A program made the position numbers and the translations under genes. The notes under the pieces are model-generated. The model worked only from the letters and a program-made list of their open reading frames with translations. It did no database searches and was not told the DNA's origin. DNA of 64,000 nucleotides, from the NCBI GenBank assembly GCA_965153455.1, contig OZ234494.1, positions 1,116,001 through 1,180,000 on the forward strand. Direction: 5' to 3'. This document shows, piece by piece, positions 53,353-64,000 of this stretch (the stretch's first letter is position 1; the number at the start of each line of letters is the position of its first letter). Origin of the DNA: Sphagnum compactum. Taxonomy: Eukaryota.

Positions 53353-53960
53353 TTGCAACTCCAGAGCTTCAAGCCCATCAACGGGATCCACTGCCATCTA
53401 TGTGCTTTCCGTTTTTACGTGTACGACATGAGCAGGCAAGTGGAGGCGCACCACTACTGCATGCACTACAACCAGGACGTAGTCATCGGTGTCCAGTACA
53501 TCATCTCCGAGAAGCTTTTCGATACTCTGTCTGATGAGGAGAAAAAACTGTGGCACTCCCATGACTACGAAGTCAAGGGTGGGATTCTCTTCATGCCGGG
53601 AGTTCCCAAAGCAATCGAGAGAAAAGAGCTTGAAGAGGTACAAATGTCTAGCATTTGAACCAGCTGAATTTCTTCACAAGTCGTGGAAAAAATCTTCTTC
53701 TGCAGTTGCTGAAAGTTCTCAGACTTCGTTGCAATCCATGATCACCGAGCTTGAACTCAAACTCTCTTTCTCTATTTGTCTCTCTCTGTGGGAGTCTAAA
53801 TTTGGGATATGGTCGATTTCTGTTTTGCTGCTGCAGATAGCCAAAACGTATGGGAAAGTGTTCCATTTTTGGCAGTTTGACAAGGGCGACACTCTTCCAA
53901 TCGGCCCACCATAACTGATGATGGCCATCACTGCTGATAATCGGCTCAGGCTTGCAGCAG
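53353..53960 (+). pseudogene. OBAP1: Oil body-associated protein (OBAP/DUF1264) pseudogene fragment
   Basis: Exons ~53353-53637 and 53837-53960 read [16 protein letters not shown]...RQVEAHHYC...[22 protein letters not shown]...KTYGKVFHFWQ. In-frame TAA at 53912-53914, the usual RQCLIYD segment is missing after NQDV, and no start or last exon is visible. Confidence 0.85.
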
Positions 53961-54508
53961 GTGAGTGCGTACCTCCTACTCCTCATCCTCTTATTGATCT
54001 CCTGCTTTTGCTCAACTCCTAGATTCCATTTCAGACAACATGGGTGGTGCTGCAATTGGGTGCAAACTCAGTAGAAACATGAATTCCCAATTGTGGGATT
54101 TTGGGATTTTGGGATTTTGTTTCTTACTTCTACTCTTAAAAAAGTTCTCTCATGCATTTTTTTTGTCGTCTTTGAATTTTCCTTTTCCTATGGTGTCTCT
54201 GTGACAAAAACTTACACAAACCTGTGCATTAGGCACGGGGTTGACACTAGCACACATTGAAGAAGAGAACGTACAAGGTTGCAGACAAGGATTCAGAACC
54301 TTCTTTAGCTGAGCTTTTAACTCTGCTATGAACTGCAAATGTTGTGCATGAACCAGCTGCAGATAATCAACTTCGAGTGCTTTTGTGTGAAGAACAGAGC
54401 AGACACCTCAGTTCGAATTTTTTAAGTCACTGCAAAGTTTATTCTAATTTTTTTAATCACCAAAAATTATGCATTTGTGAATTCCGGGTTGCTGGATTGT
54501 ACAGGCCA

Positions 54509-54719
54509 GTGGCAGTAAGTTTAGCATCAGCAACTGATTTATTGAGTAAATCCACCAGGTTCCCAGGCCATATCCTACTTAAAGTGAAGGCACATGAAGA
54601 CCATGTAAGCTGGAGGAGTGGACCTTGCTGACCGCAATTTAGGAGCTGATTCAATTTTGTTCTGGGAAGCTACTGGATTTACTAAACTGATCAGTTGCTG
54701 ATGCTAAACTTACTGCCAC
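54509..54719. mobile_element. MITE-like element with long TIRs
   Basis: gtggcagtaagtttagcatcagcaactgat / atcagttgctgatgctaaacttactgccac form a perfect 30-bp inverted pair, extending imperfectly (agtaaatcca..ttcccag / ctgggaa..tggatttact). No clear TSD. Confidence 0.75.
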
Positions 54720-54949
54720 CCATAATTAAGCACTTCTCCTTCATTTCCCGAACTGTTGTTTCTGCAATCTTTGGATTGGGAAATTTGACCAAGGCCTCCA
54801 CTGTCCACCCAAATGCCTTGCCAACATGGGAGTCACTGAAAGCATACAATACCTATACAACATAGCACAAAGTCCATTTTTTCTTATGAATATTTTTGAT
54901 TGAGAAGGTGGGGAAAGGTGGTAGTGGCAACTTACAAGAATGGAAGTGC

Positions 54950-57900
54950 CTATAAGAGGGTGGTACACCTGTGCATTATGCACGGGGCTCACACAGTTAA
55001 ACATGAAACAAAAAAGGGAAATACAGTAAAATAATATTTAAAAACGTTTAAAAAATAGATGACAAAAAATAAGAAACAAAACAGAGAGCAAAAAAAGAGA
55101 AAAAAAACCATACTTGAAAAAAAAATGAGGTTTGTCTTCTTTTCCAAACTTCAAAGCTGCATCTAATCAAACAAAAATAATTTTTTTTTAAAATTATTTT
55201 AATTACAAAACATATTAGAAAAACTACATTTAAAAGGAAAATGAAATAGAAACTAAATAAATAAATAAACGCATAAAATAGAAAAAAATGAACATAGACA
55301 AAATAAGAATAGAAAAAATTAAAACATGAAGCAAACATTTGTAATAAATTTTTAAATGTCTAATTTTATTTAAGTTTTTTTTTTTTGTGTTTCAAGCATG
55401 GTTTTGCATTCATTAAACTTGATTGAGTGAGTTTAGTCTTTTCATTATTTATTTTTCTTATATGTATATAAGAGGGTGGTACACCTGTGCATTATGCACG
55501 GGGCTCACACTTTTGTCTGAAGAACAGAGCAGACACCTCAGTTCGAATTTTTTAAGTCACTACAAAGTTCATTCTAATTTTTTTAATAATCACCAAAAAT
55601 TTGAGAAAAAAATTCAATTTTTTATATAAAAATGGCCAGATTCTATACTATACATGGTTCAAGTAAGTATTACACAATAGGATACACACATCTGTGCATT
55701 ATGCACCGGGCTCAAACTATTTCCGACATTACAAAACAGAGAGCAAAAGAAGAGAAAAAAAAACCATACTTGAAAAAAAATGAGGTTTGTTTTCTTTTTC
55801 CAAACTTCAAACCTGCATCTAATTACCGGACTTGTGTTGGGTGAAGCGTCACCAACAGATTTTGGGCCAGAAGCACAAGCATAACCTGCATCTATTACCG
55901 GACGGACATTTGACATTCCACCCTTCGACTTGACGTCCTCCTTAGATGGTTCCGGCTACACTGTTCCGGCTTGGATCCGTCGCTCTTGGGTGAGTCCTGC
56001 CTTAGTAGCTCTTTAATTTAGAACTCTTCTTAAACACTTAAAGATGAAACAACAAAGGGAAATACAGTAAAATAATCATTAAAAAAAATTTAAAAAATAG
56101 ATGACAAAAAATAAGAAACAAAACAGAGAGCAAAATAAGAGAAAAAAAAACCATACTTGAAAAAAAAATGAGGTTTGTTTTCTTTTTCCAAACTTCAAAC
56201 CTGCATCTAATACCGGACGGACATTTGACATTCCACCCTTCGACTTGATGTCCTCCTCAGACGGTTCCGGCTTGGATCCGTCGCTCTTGGGTGAGTCCTC
56301 CCTTAGTAGCTCTTTAATTTAGAACTCTTTTTAAACAGTTAAACATGAAACAAAAAAGGGAAATACAGTAAAATAATACTTTAAAACGTTTAAAAAATAG
56401 ATGACAAAAAATAAGAAACAAAATAGAGAGCAAAAAAAGAGAAAAAAAACCATACTTGAAAGAAAAATGAAGTTTGTCTTCTTTTTCCAAACTTCAAAGC
56501 TGCATCTAATCAAACAAAAATAAATTTTTTTAAAAATTATTTTAACTACAAAACATATTAGAAAAACTACATTTAAAAGAAAAATGAAATATAAACTAAA
56601 TAAATAAACGCATAAAATAGAAAAAAAATGAACATAGACAAAATAAGAATAGAAAAAATTAAAACATGAAGCAAACATTTATAATAAATTTTTAAATGTC
56701 TAATTTTATTTTAGTTGTTTTTTTTAGTGTTTCAAGCATGGTTTTGCATTCATTAAACTTGATTGAGTGAGTTTAGTCTTTTCATTATTTATTTTTTTTA
56801 TATGTATACTATGTTCTGTTTTGTTCAAATTATCAAGTTTTGCTCCAATTAATTTTGACAAGAAAACAAAATGAACAATCAAATGTGCAGGAGGAACCCC
56901 CCGCCCCAAGATGCTCGAATTGTTTGGAGACGGAGATGCGTAAGCTCAAGGCACGTCAGAATCTGCACATGAACGTCGCAATCGCCTACAGAGAAATCGG
57001 CGTGCTAAGCAACGTGAACAACCTTCTCTTCGCAATGATGCGTTACAATTGTTTAGAGACGAAGATGCGTCAGCTGAAGGCACGTCAGAATTTGCACATG
57101 AACGTCGCAATCGCCTATGGAGAGAAAGTCGTGCTAAGCAACGTGAACACCCTTCTCTTCGCAATGATGCGTTACAATTGTTTGGAGACGAAGATGCGTC
57201 AGCCCCGGGACGATGCGATTGTGGAGAAATGGACACAATATGTGGATTCTGCAGTGCGAAAATGTGGATCAAAGAACGATCGGCAAAGTCGAACAACCAC
57301 CCACAATTTTCTCTGTGTTGCGAGAATGGCAAAGTTCTGTTGTCGAATCTTCCTGCAACACCGCAAGAGCAGGAAGTTCTTTTAACCAGCAAAGAGAGCA
57401 GTGCCGTCAAATTTCGAGATCAGATTCGCATGTACAATTCGGTGTTGGCATTCACTTCGCTCGGTGCCAAAGTTGATGAGTCGGTAACAGGAGGGCTTGG
57501 ACCGTACTCCTTTCGCATTCAAGGTGAACTTTATCACAAAATCGGATCCCTATGTCCTGCTGAAGGACAACGGCCACAGTTTGCACAGCTGTACATTCAT
57601 GATACGAAATGCGAACATCAAAACCGGCATGCTGTTATGCCCTCGCTTGATCCAACGACGTTGGATTGGTTGTTGACCATGATGTACAATATCAATCCCT
57701 ATGTCGAAGTGTTCAAAATGGCAAGGGATATGATGGCAACAGAAGGTGCTCCCATGGATCTGAAATTGCGTCTCATTGCCTCTCGAACAAAGGATGCTCG
57801 CCGATACAATGTGCCGACGGCTGATGAAGTCGCTGCATTGATGATAGGAGATGGTTCTGAGGTTGTAGACAAACGTGACGTCGTCCTTGCTCAACAAGCT

Positions 57901-60900
57901 GGCCCGTTTCAGCGCATTTCTGAACTACATGTCGGATACATGGCTCTACATTATCCGTTGTTATTTCCTTACGGTGAAGATGGATGGCATCCAAATATTC
58001 TGGTCAATGTTGTTGTTGCTGATGCAGATTTGGATGAAGACCATGCGAGAGAATCTGAGCTTCAAAGAAAACATTGCAACGTGACAATGGCGGAATTTTA
58101 CGGTTATCGACTTCAACATCGAGACACCGATGGCATTGCGTTGCTTCGGGGTGGCCGATTACGGCAACAATACATTGTGGATGCTTATGCGGGTATCGAA
58201 CAAAATCGCTTGAAGTACCTGCGCCTGAATCAAAAAAAACTTCGTGCGGATCTTTATCAAAGCCTTCAAGACGCCATCGCTGCAAGTGACAATAACGCTG
58301 TTGCCATCGGACAGAGGATCATTCTGCCATCTTCTTTCACAGTAGGTCCACGTCACATGGTTCAGAATTATCAAGATGCTATGGCAATCTGCAGATGGGC
58401 CGGATGTCCGAATGCATTTGTTACATTCACTTGCAATCCTCAGTGGCTTGAAATCAAGAGAGCGTTGCTGTTCAGACAACAACCTCAGGATCGACCGGAT
58501 TTGGTAACCCGAGTGTTCAAAATCAAGCTGAACGAGTTGATCAATGACATTCACAAGAACCATATTTTGGGACGCACGATTACGGGAATCTATGTTGTTG
58601 AGTTTCAAAAGCGTGGGCTACCGCATGCACACATTCTCATCTTCTTTACCGAAAACTGCAAGCCACACACGGTCGAGGATGTAGACCGCATGATCAGTGC
58701 TGAACTTCCGAATTCAGAAACAAACAAGTTGGCCCACGAGACAATTGCCAGATGCACGATGCATGGTCCATGTGGAGCTGCGTTTCCAAATGCCCCGTGC
58801 ATGGAAGAAGGCAAATGCAAAAAACAATATCCACGCAAGTTCCAATCCGAAACGATGACGGATGTAAACGGATACCCTATTTATCGGCGTAGAGATACGG
58901 GGCACACAGTTGTGGTTCATGGCATTGAATTGGATAATCGTTGGGTGGTACCGCACAATGTCTATTTATCGACCAAATACGATGCGCACATCAACGTTGA
59001 GGTCTGCAACAATATTCGTGCAGTCAAGTATCTATTCAAGTACGTATATAAAGGACATGATCGTGCGACTGTTGAGATCTCGCGCCAGAGCGACAATGCC
59101 ACCGAAGGGAATGTGGTCGATATTGATGAAATTAAAAAATATCTCGACTGTCGATATGTATCTGCATCGGAAGCAGCGTGGCGCATCTTCAAGTTTGATA
59201 TGCATGAACGGTTTCCTACCGTCGAGCGTCTGCAATACCATTTGCCCAATCAGCAAATGGTGTTGTTTGGCGATGTTGATGATGTGGAGGAAGTGGCAAC
59301 ACGGTCAGCCATTTCCAGAACGATGCTCACAGAATTGTTCAAAACAAATCAAGAATTGGAAGTTGCACGAAGCCTTACGTTCGATCAATTCCCTCAGCAA
59401 TGGGTGTGGAATCGGAAGTTGAAGCGATGGACACTGCACAAAAGAGGCTTTGCCATTGGTCGCATGTATTATGCACATCCGACATCGGGTGAACGTTACT
59501 ATTTGCGAATGTTGCTGAACTGCGTCAAAGGTGCCACATCCTACAAACATTTGCGGACAGTGGATGGTAGAGTGCACGACACATTCAAAGATGCATGCAT
59601 TGCGATGGGTTTGCTTGCAGACGACAATGAATGGGATCAAGCCTTGGAAGAAGCCGATGTTTGGGCCTCAGGACGACAGCTGCGTGACATGTTTGCCTCC
59701 ATGTTGATGTTTTGTGAGGTCACGAATCCCAGACAACTATGGGATGCACATTGGGAGTCTTTGAGCGATGACATTGAAGCAATGACACGCTGCGAGCGTG
59801 CTGATCCAACTGTTACGCTTCCTGAGGATGCGTTAAAGGATCGTGCATTGTATGAGATCGATCAAGTTCTCATGCGCAATGGACACCGCCTGGAAGATTT
59901 TCCAACGCTTCCGAAGTTAATTACATCCCTTCTGTTCATGGAGGAAACCGATTGGTCCGAGAAGAACTGGCTTATGATCAGCATTCATTGACCACAGATG
60001 CGGACAATGCAGAAGATAGGCTCAATGATGATCAACGCAACACATACGAAACTATTTTGAATGCCGTGACAAACAAAGAGGGCAAACTATTCTTTGTGTA
60101 TGGCAGTGGTGGAACCGGTAAAACATTTGTCTGGACAACACTTCTATCCCGTTTATGAGGGCAAGGCAAAATCGTGCTTATAATTGCTTCATCAGGAATT
60201 GCATCTTTGTTGTTTCCGGGCGGCAGAACCGCCCATTCAAGATTCAAGATTCCGATTGATTTGCACGATGAGTCAACTTGCAACATCACACAACAGATGA
60301 AAGTGGCCGAGTTGGTGCGTAAAACTGATCTAATCATTTGGGATGAAGCACCGATGATGCATCGCCGAGCTTTCGAAGCTGTTGATTGCACGTTGCGTGA
60401 TTTGATGCAATTGGATGACACACAAGCAACCGAGAAAATCTTTGGTGGGAAAACCGTGGTCCTTGGTGGGGATTTTCGACAGATCTTGCCTGTGGTTCCC
60501 AAGGGAGGACGAGAAGACATTGTCAGTGCTTCGTTGCCTCGATCGCATCTTTGGCAGCATGTTATAATTCTTTGTCTTCATGTCAACATGCGAGTCATGG
60601 CAAGCAATTCTGAAGAGCAGCGAGAGTTTGCCAAATGGGTGTTGGATGTTGGAGACGGTAATCTTCCCACGATTACAGGAGAAGAAGGTGTCGATCCAGA
60701 TTGGATCAAGATTCCATCCCATATGAGGCTGCCAACAGAAGATTGCAGCTTAAGAGGATTAATCCGAACCATCTATCCGGATCACCAATGCCACTCTGGA
60801 GATGCCATGTATCTCATGCAACGCAGCATTCTAGCCCCCAAAAATACTGACATTGATGAAGTCAACAATGCAATTTTAGAATCACTATCTGAAGAATCGC

Positions 60901-61850
60901 ACACGTACCTGAGCGCAAATTCTTTGATTCCAACAGAAGAAGGTGCAAGTGTTGCTGCAGGAGTTTCAATGGATTCATTGTATCCGGTGGAATTTCTAAA
61001 CACTTTGCGATTCAGCGGTATCGCAAATCATGAGCTGCAACTCAAAGTGGGCGTGCCAATTCTTTTGTTGCGCAATCTCAATCAATCAATAGGATTGTGC
61101 AATGGTACCAGGTTGATTATCAAGAGATTGGGTCAGCGTGTCATTGAAGCGGAGATCATCACAGGGAACAATGTCGACAAACGTGTGTTCATACCCCGCA
61201 TCATCATGTCCCCCTCCGGGATTGATTGGCCATTTGTTTTACGTCGTCGTCAATTTCCTATTTGAGTGGCATTTGCGATCACAATCAACAAGAGTCAAGG
61301 TCAGACATTCAACAACGTTGGGGTGTATTTGCCGTCTCCGGTCTATTCCCATGGTCAGTTCTATGTTGCTATTTCACGGGTCACAAGTAGTGCAAACATC
61401 AAGATTTTCAATGGCCAGGGTCCCGATGGATACATGCGAAATGTCGTATATAAAGAGGTTTTGGAAATGTAGTTGGTAGGTCTAATTTTGTAATATGTAT
61501 CGTCAAATGCACAGGCAAAAATGGATTCATACTAGATTTTTTATTTAAAATAAACAAATTAACTGCGACACCAATATCATTGAGCATCATTTTGTGATAT
61601 GTACCGTCAAATACACACACATGTGCATTATGCGCGGGGCTTAAATCCGTCCATTTGGTCGGCTTCCCCTGAATCCGTCCATCCATCCCGTCATCCAGTC
61701 GGACGGACATTTCATCCATCCCATGATCCATCTATTTAAAACTAGAAGCATGCCAATTACGGAGGTGAGGCACGAATCTATGAAGCCGGTGAGGAAAGCG
61801 GAAGCGATGATTATCACACACCTGTGCATTATGCACGGGGCACACACTAG
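54950..61850 (+). mobile_element. Helitron (5' boundary uncertain)
   Basis: 3' end cctgtgcattatgcacggg hairpin followed by cacacaCTAG (61850) and T; contains the RepHel gene. The 5' region 54950-56800 consists of tandemly duplicated A-rich blocks carrying the same hairpin. Confidence 0.9.
56920..61472 (+). pseudogene. Helitron Rep/PIF1-helicase (RepHel) transposase, disrupted
   Basis: Zn-finger-like CGFC...CCENG; Rep motifs FVTFTCNP, VEFQKRGLPHAHIL (HUH), YLFKYVYKG; PIF1 motifs [44 protein letters not shown]. Frameshift near 59915 and stops at 56941, 60156 and 61263. Confidence 0.95.
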
Positions 61851-62570
61851 TAGTTCAAACAAAAGAGGTTGTTACCCCTTAATTTTGCAAAATCTTCAAA
61901 TTAATCATACAAAATTTACACAAGATGACCAAACGTCCTCAGAAGTGGCTATAGGATGAAATGCCACTTTGAGGCTTTGATTGGCCATTTTAGGTGATTT
62001 CGGCAACCATTTAAAGGGTATATCCAACAAGTGTTAGGAAATATATAAACCAATTGTTAAAACCCATTTTTGATATACCAAAGCTGTTGTAGTAATCACC
62101 TTAACTTTAAGGTTAAATGTGGATATTAAGTTGGTAAACTAGTTGTCCAAGTTGTGGTGACCTACAAGGTATAGTTTAAAAATTCCACACTATACTCTTA
62201 ATATCCATCTTTCACAGTGGCCTTTGCAATAATTATTCATCATTTTCTGTGAAAGCCATTAGTGTGGCTACCACTTGGCCCAAGTTGGTTGTTATTCATG
62301 AGACCTAACTAATTACAAACATAATTAGATGCACATGGTACATTGATCATCCCATGTGTGTGACTCTTTTAGATCTTTGAAGTAATCCCTTGAGCAAATA
62401 ACATCCAACTTGTTTTCAACTTTTACTTTTTGGTTGCAGTAAGACGGGTGCTTGTTCCACAACATTTCTACACTCTTTTATGAAAATATATGCAAAATTT
62501 GAATTTAAAAAATGGGAGGCTTGAGGGAAATACATGTTGAGAATCTTGTAAAAGTGATGTGTATTATTTG

Positions 62571-63819
62571 TTACTGGAAACCAATAGCCACTCCACATGC
62601 ATCTGAAACTATGGCTAGGGCCTTGTATTGGGACCCCATTCCAGTTGGAGAACTTTTTGGGTCATCATCCTTGTCTAGCCAGGGTGGTGGACCATCTCCC
62701 ACTAAACTCCAATAGCCAAGTTGCAGAGCCTCTGCTTGCTCCTCAGTTGCATTCTGCAGCAGAGCTTCCAGTCGAAAATTGATCCCCAAATGCACCCAGA
62801 AACTGCGACTGACAAACTGGGCCAAAGGGAGAAGACCCTGCTATTGCCCAACCCACCATGCAAACCCACCCGCCCACATTTCAACTCATCTTCAGATCAC
62901 ATTTGCACCATCTGAGTATTTCCAATTCACTCCAACAAGCATCCCCCAGGCATAAGAGTGAACAAGAAGACAGCACATTGGTCATACAAAGAAGAATCCA
63001 TATCTGCCACAGAGAATCCTGTAGCAAATTGGGAACTTGTTCATGCTTGAAATCTTCTCATTAATATTTTTGTCCAAGATGTGTTGACTTTGATAAGACA
63101 ATAATAAACACAACTTTTCTTTTCAAACATTCTTTCATGTTGAACAAGGTGTCCCACATTTTCCACTATCCACTTCAAAGAAGCGCAGGATCAAGAAGGT
63201 GGCTTCTTCCCCCTTCTTCAGTCCTCAAAGATGCTCACTAACATGAAAATTTGGTATGACCATTCAAATGTGATGAGCAGTGCAGGGATTTCCACAAAGA
63301 AAACTTACCTGCTGCATCTTCCACTGCATGTTTGATGGCTGCAAAGTCCACATAAGCACTCAGGTCTGCTGAGCCTGGGTCTTGGAGTACCTTTACCAAC
63401 TCATGCTTTCTTATTGCCTGCCACAATGTCCTAAACAGTATCAGCGGTATTCTTCACAAATGCTGGACCTGACCGTACCATGCAATAAATTGACTACCTA
63501 TCCATGCAAATCATATCTATGTTGCCTGAAATGTTTCAAGAAAAAGCAACAGAAATAAGGAAATCACCAGATAGAGGTTGCACTAACCTGTAAGCTGTCT
63601 GATACCATGACATTGTCACCATAATCAACAACAAGGGCACCACCTCCATCCTCTCCAACTCTTCGGGCAATCTCAGCTGTCAGTTTGAGGGCACTTGGAC
63701 AAACTTCCACATGTTCAATCTTGGCCTTTTCCTCCAGTGATGCCCACTTCATCCATTTTGCTAGGTATAGACTACTAGCTGTTGTGGGTCCTGGTGATAG
63801 GACAAACCAGAAACCTGGC
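62571..63819 (-). pseudogene. NDUFAF7: 3' exons of an NDUFAF7/MidA-like mitochondrial arginine methyltransferase (frameshifted)
   Basis: Exons 63819-63588, 63417-63309, 62837-62571 read FVLSPGPT...HVEVCP...GGGALVVDYG...DSLQ|AIRKH...PGSADLSAYVDF...|GPVCQSQFLGA / LGINFRLEALL...GMGSQYKALAI. An extra base at 62788-62790 splits the last exon between two frames. The gene continues beyond the window. Confidence 0.8.
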
Positions 63820-64000
63820 CTGAACAAAACCAATATGTTAGAACCAGTCACATTAAGAATTTGCAAAAAAGCACACATAAAATATGGCTTCAAAGCCTCC
63901 ACTGAATTGTGCTCTGAATGTCCTTGCAACATTGAAGCAGCTGCCACTTCTGGGTATTGCTTGAGCAAAACTCCTTTGTTTTGTTCATGGCAAGGGTTCT

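Noticed and set aside
57049-59991. Viral or plasmid Rep, or a host PIF1 helicase
   Set aside because: The Rep-helicase fusion plus 3' hairpin and CTAG end is the standard Helitron layout.
57213-61479. Many overlapping alternative-frame and antisense ORFs
   Set aside because: Shadows of the GC-balanced RepHel coding region; likewise those over CCD exon 1.
13867-63819. CCD + OBAP + methyltransferase as an apocarotenoid biosynthetic gene cluster
   Set aside because: OBAP and NDUFAF7 are damaged, NDUFAF7 is a mitochondrial protein methyltransferase, and nothing in the sequence indicates co-regulation.

Overview
Repeat-rich, AT-rich eukaryotic DNA with spliceosomal introns. It is a land plant, and probably a moss such as Sphagnum (my recollection of the LTR family and TAGG-rich repeats; not verified). 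The main structure is a large imperfect inverted duplication (about 13.76-21.76 kb versus 28.2-42.6 kb) carrying two head-to-head, 4-exon NCED/CCD4-like carotenoid cleavage dioxygenase genes. The + strand copy (37244-42495) splices to an intact 669-aa protein. The - strand copy (18305-13867) has a 1-bp deletion at the start of exon 2. A third, promoter-only relic of the same locus lies at about 10.3-12.1 kb. Upstream of the - copy is a 123-bp tandem repeat containing a plastid rbcL fragment, interrupted by a small Helitron. The right third holds a very young non-autonomous Ty3/Gypsy element (1090-bp LTRs, GACAG target duplication), an OBAP pseudogene fragment, a near full-length but inactivated Helitron RepHel element and the 3' exons of a frameshifted NDUFAF7-like gene. 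Three hAT transposase relics, a Gypsy RT relic and several MITEs fill the rest. I see no convincing new multi-gene biological system. The most unusual items are the rbcL-containing chimeric repeat and the birth-and-death history of the CCD locus. All alignments were done by eye.
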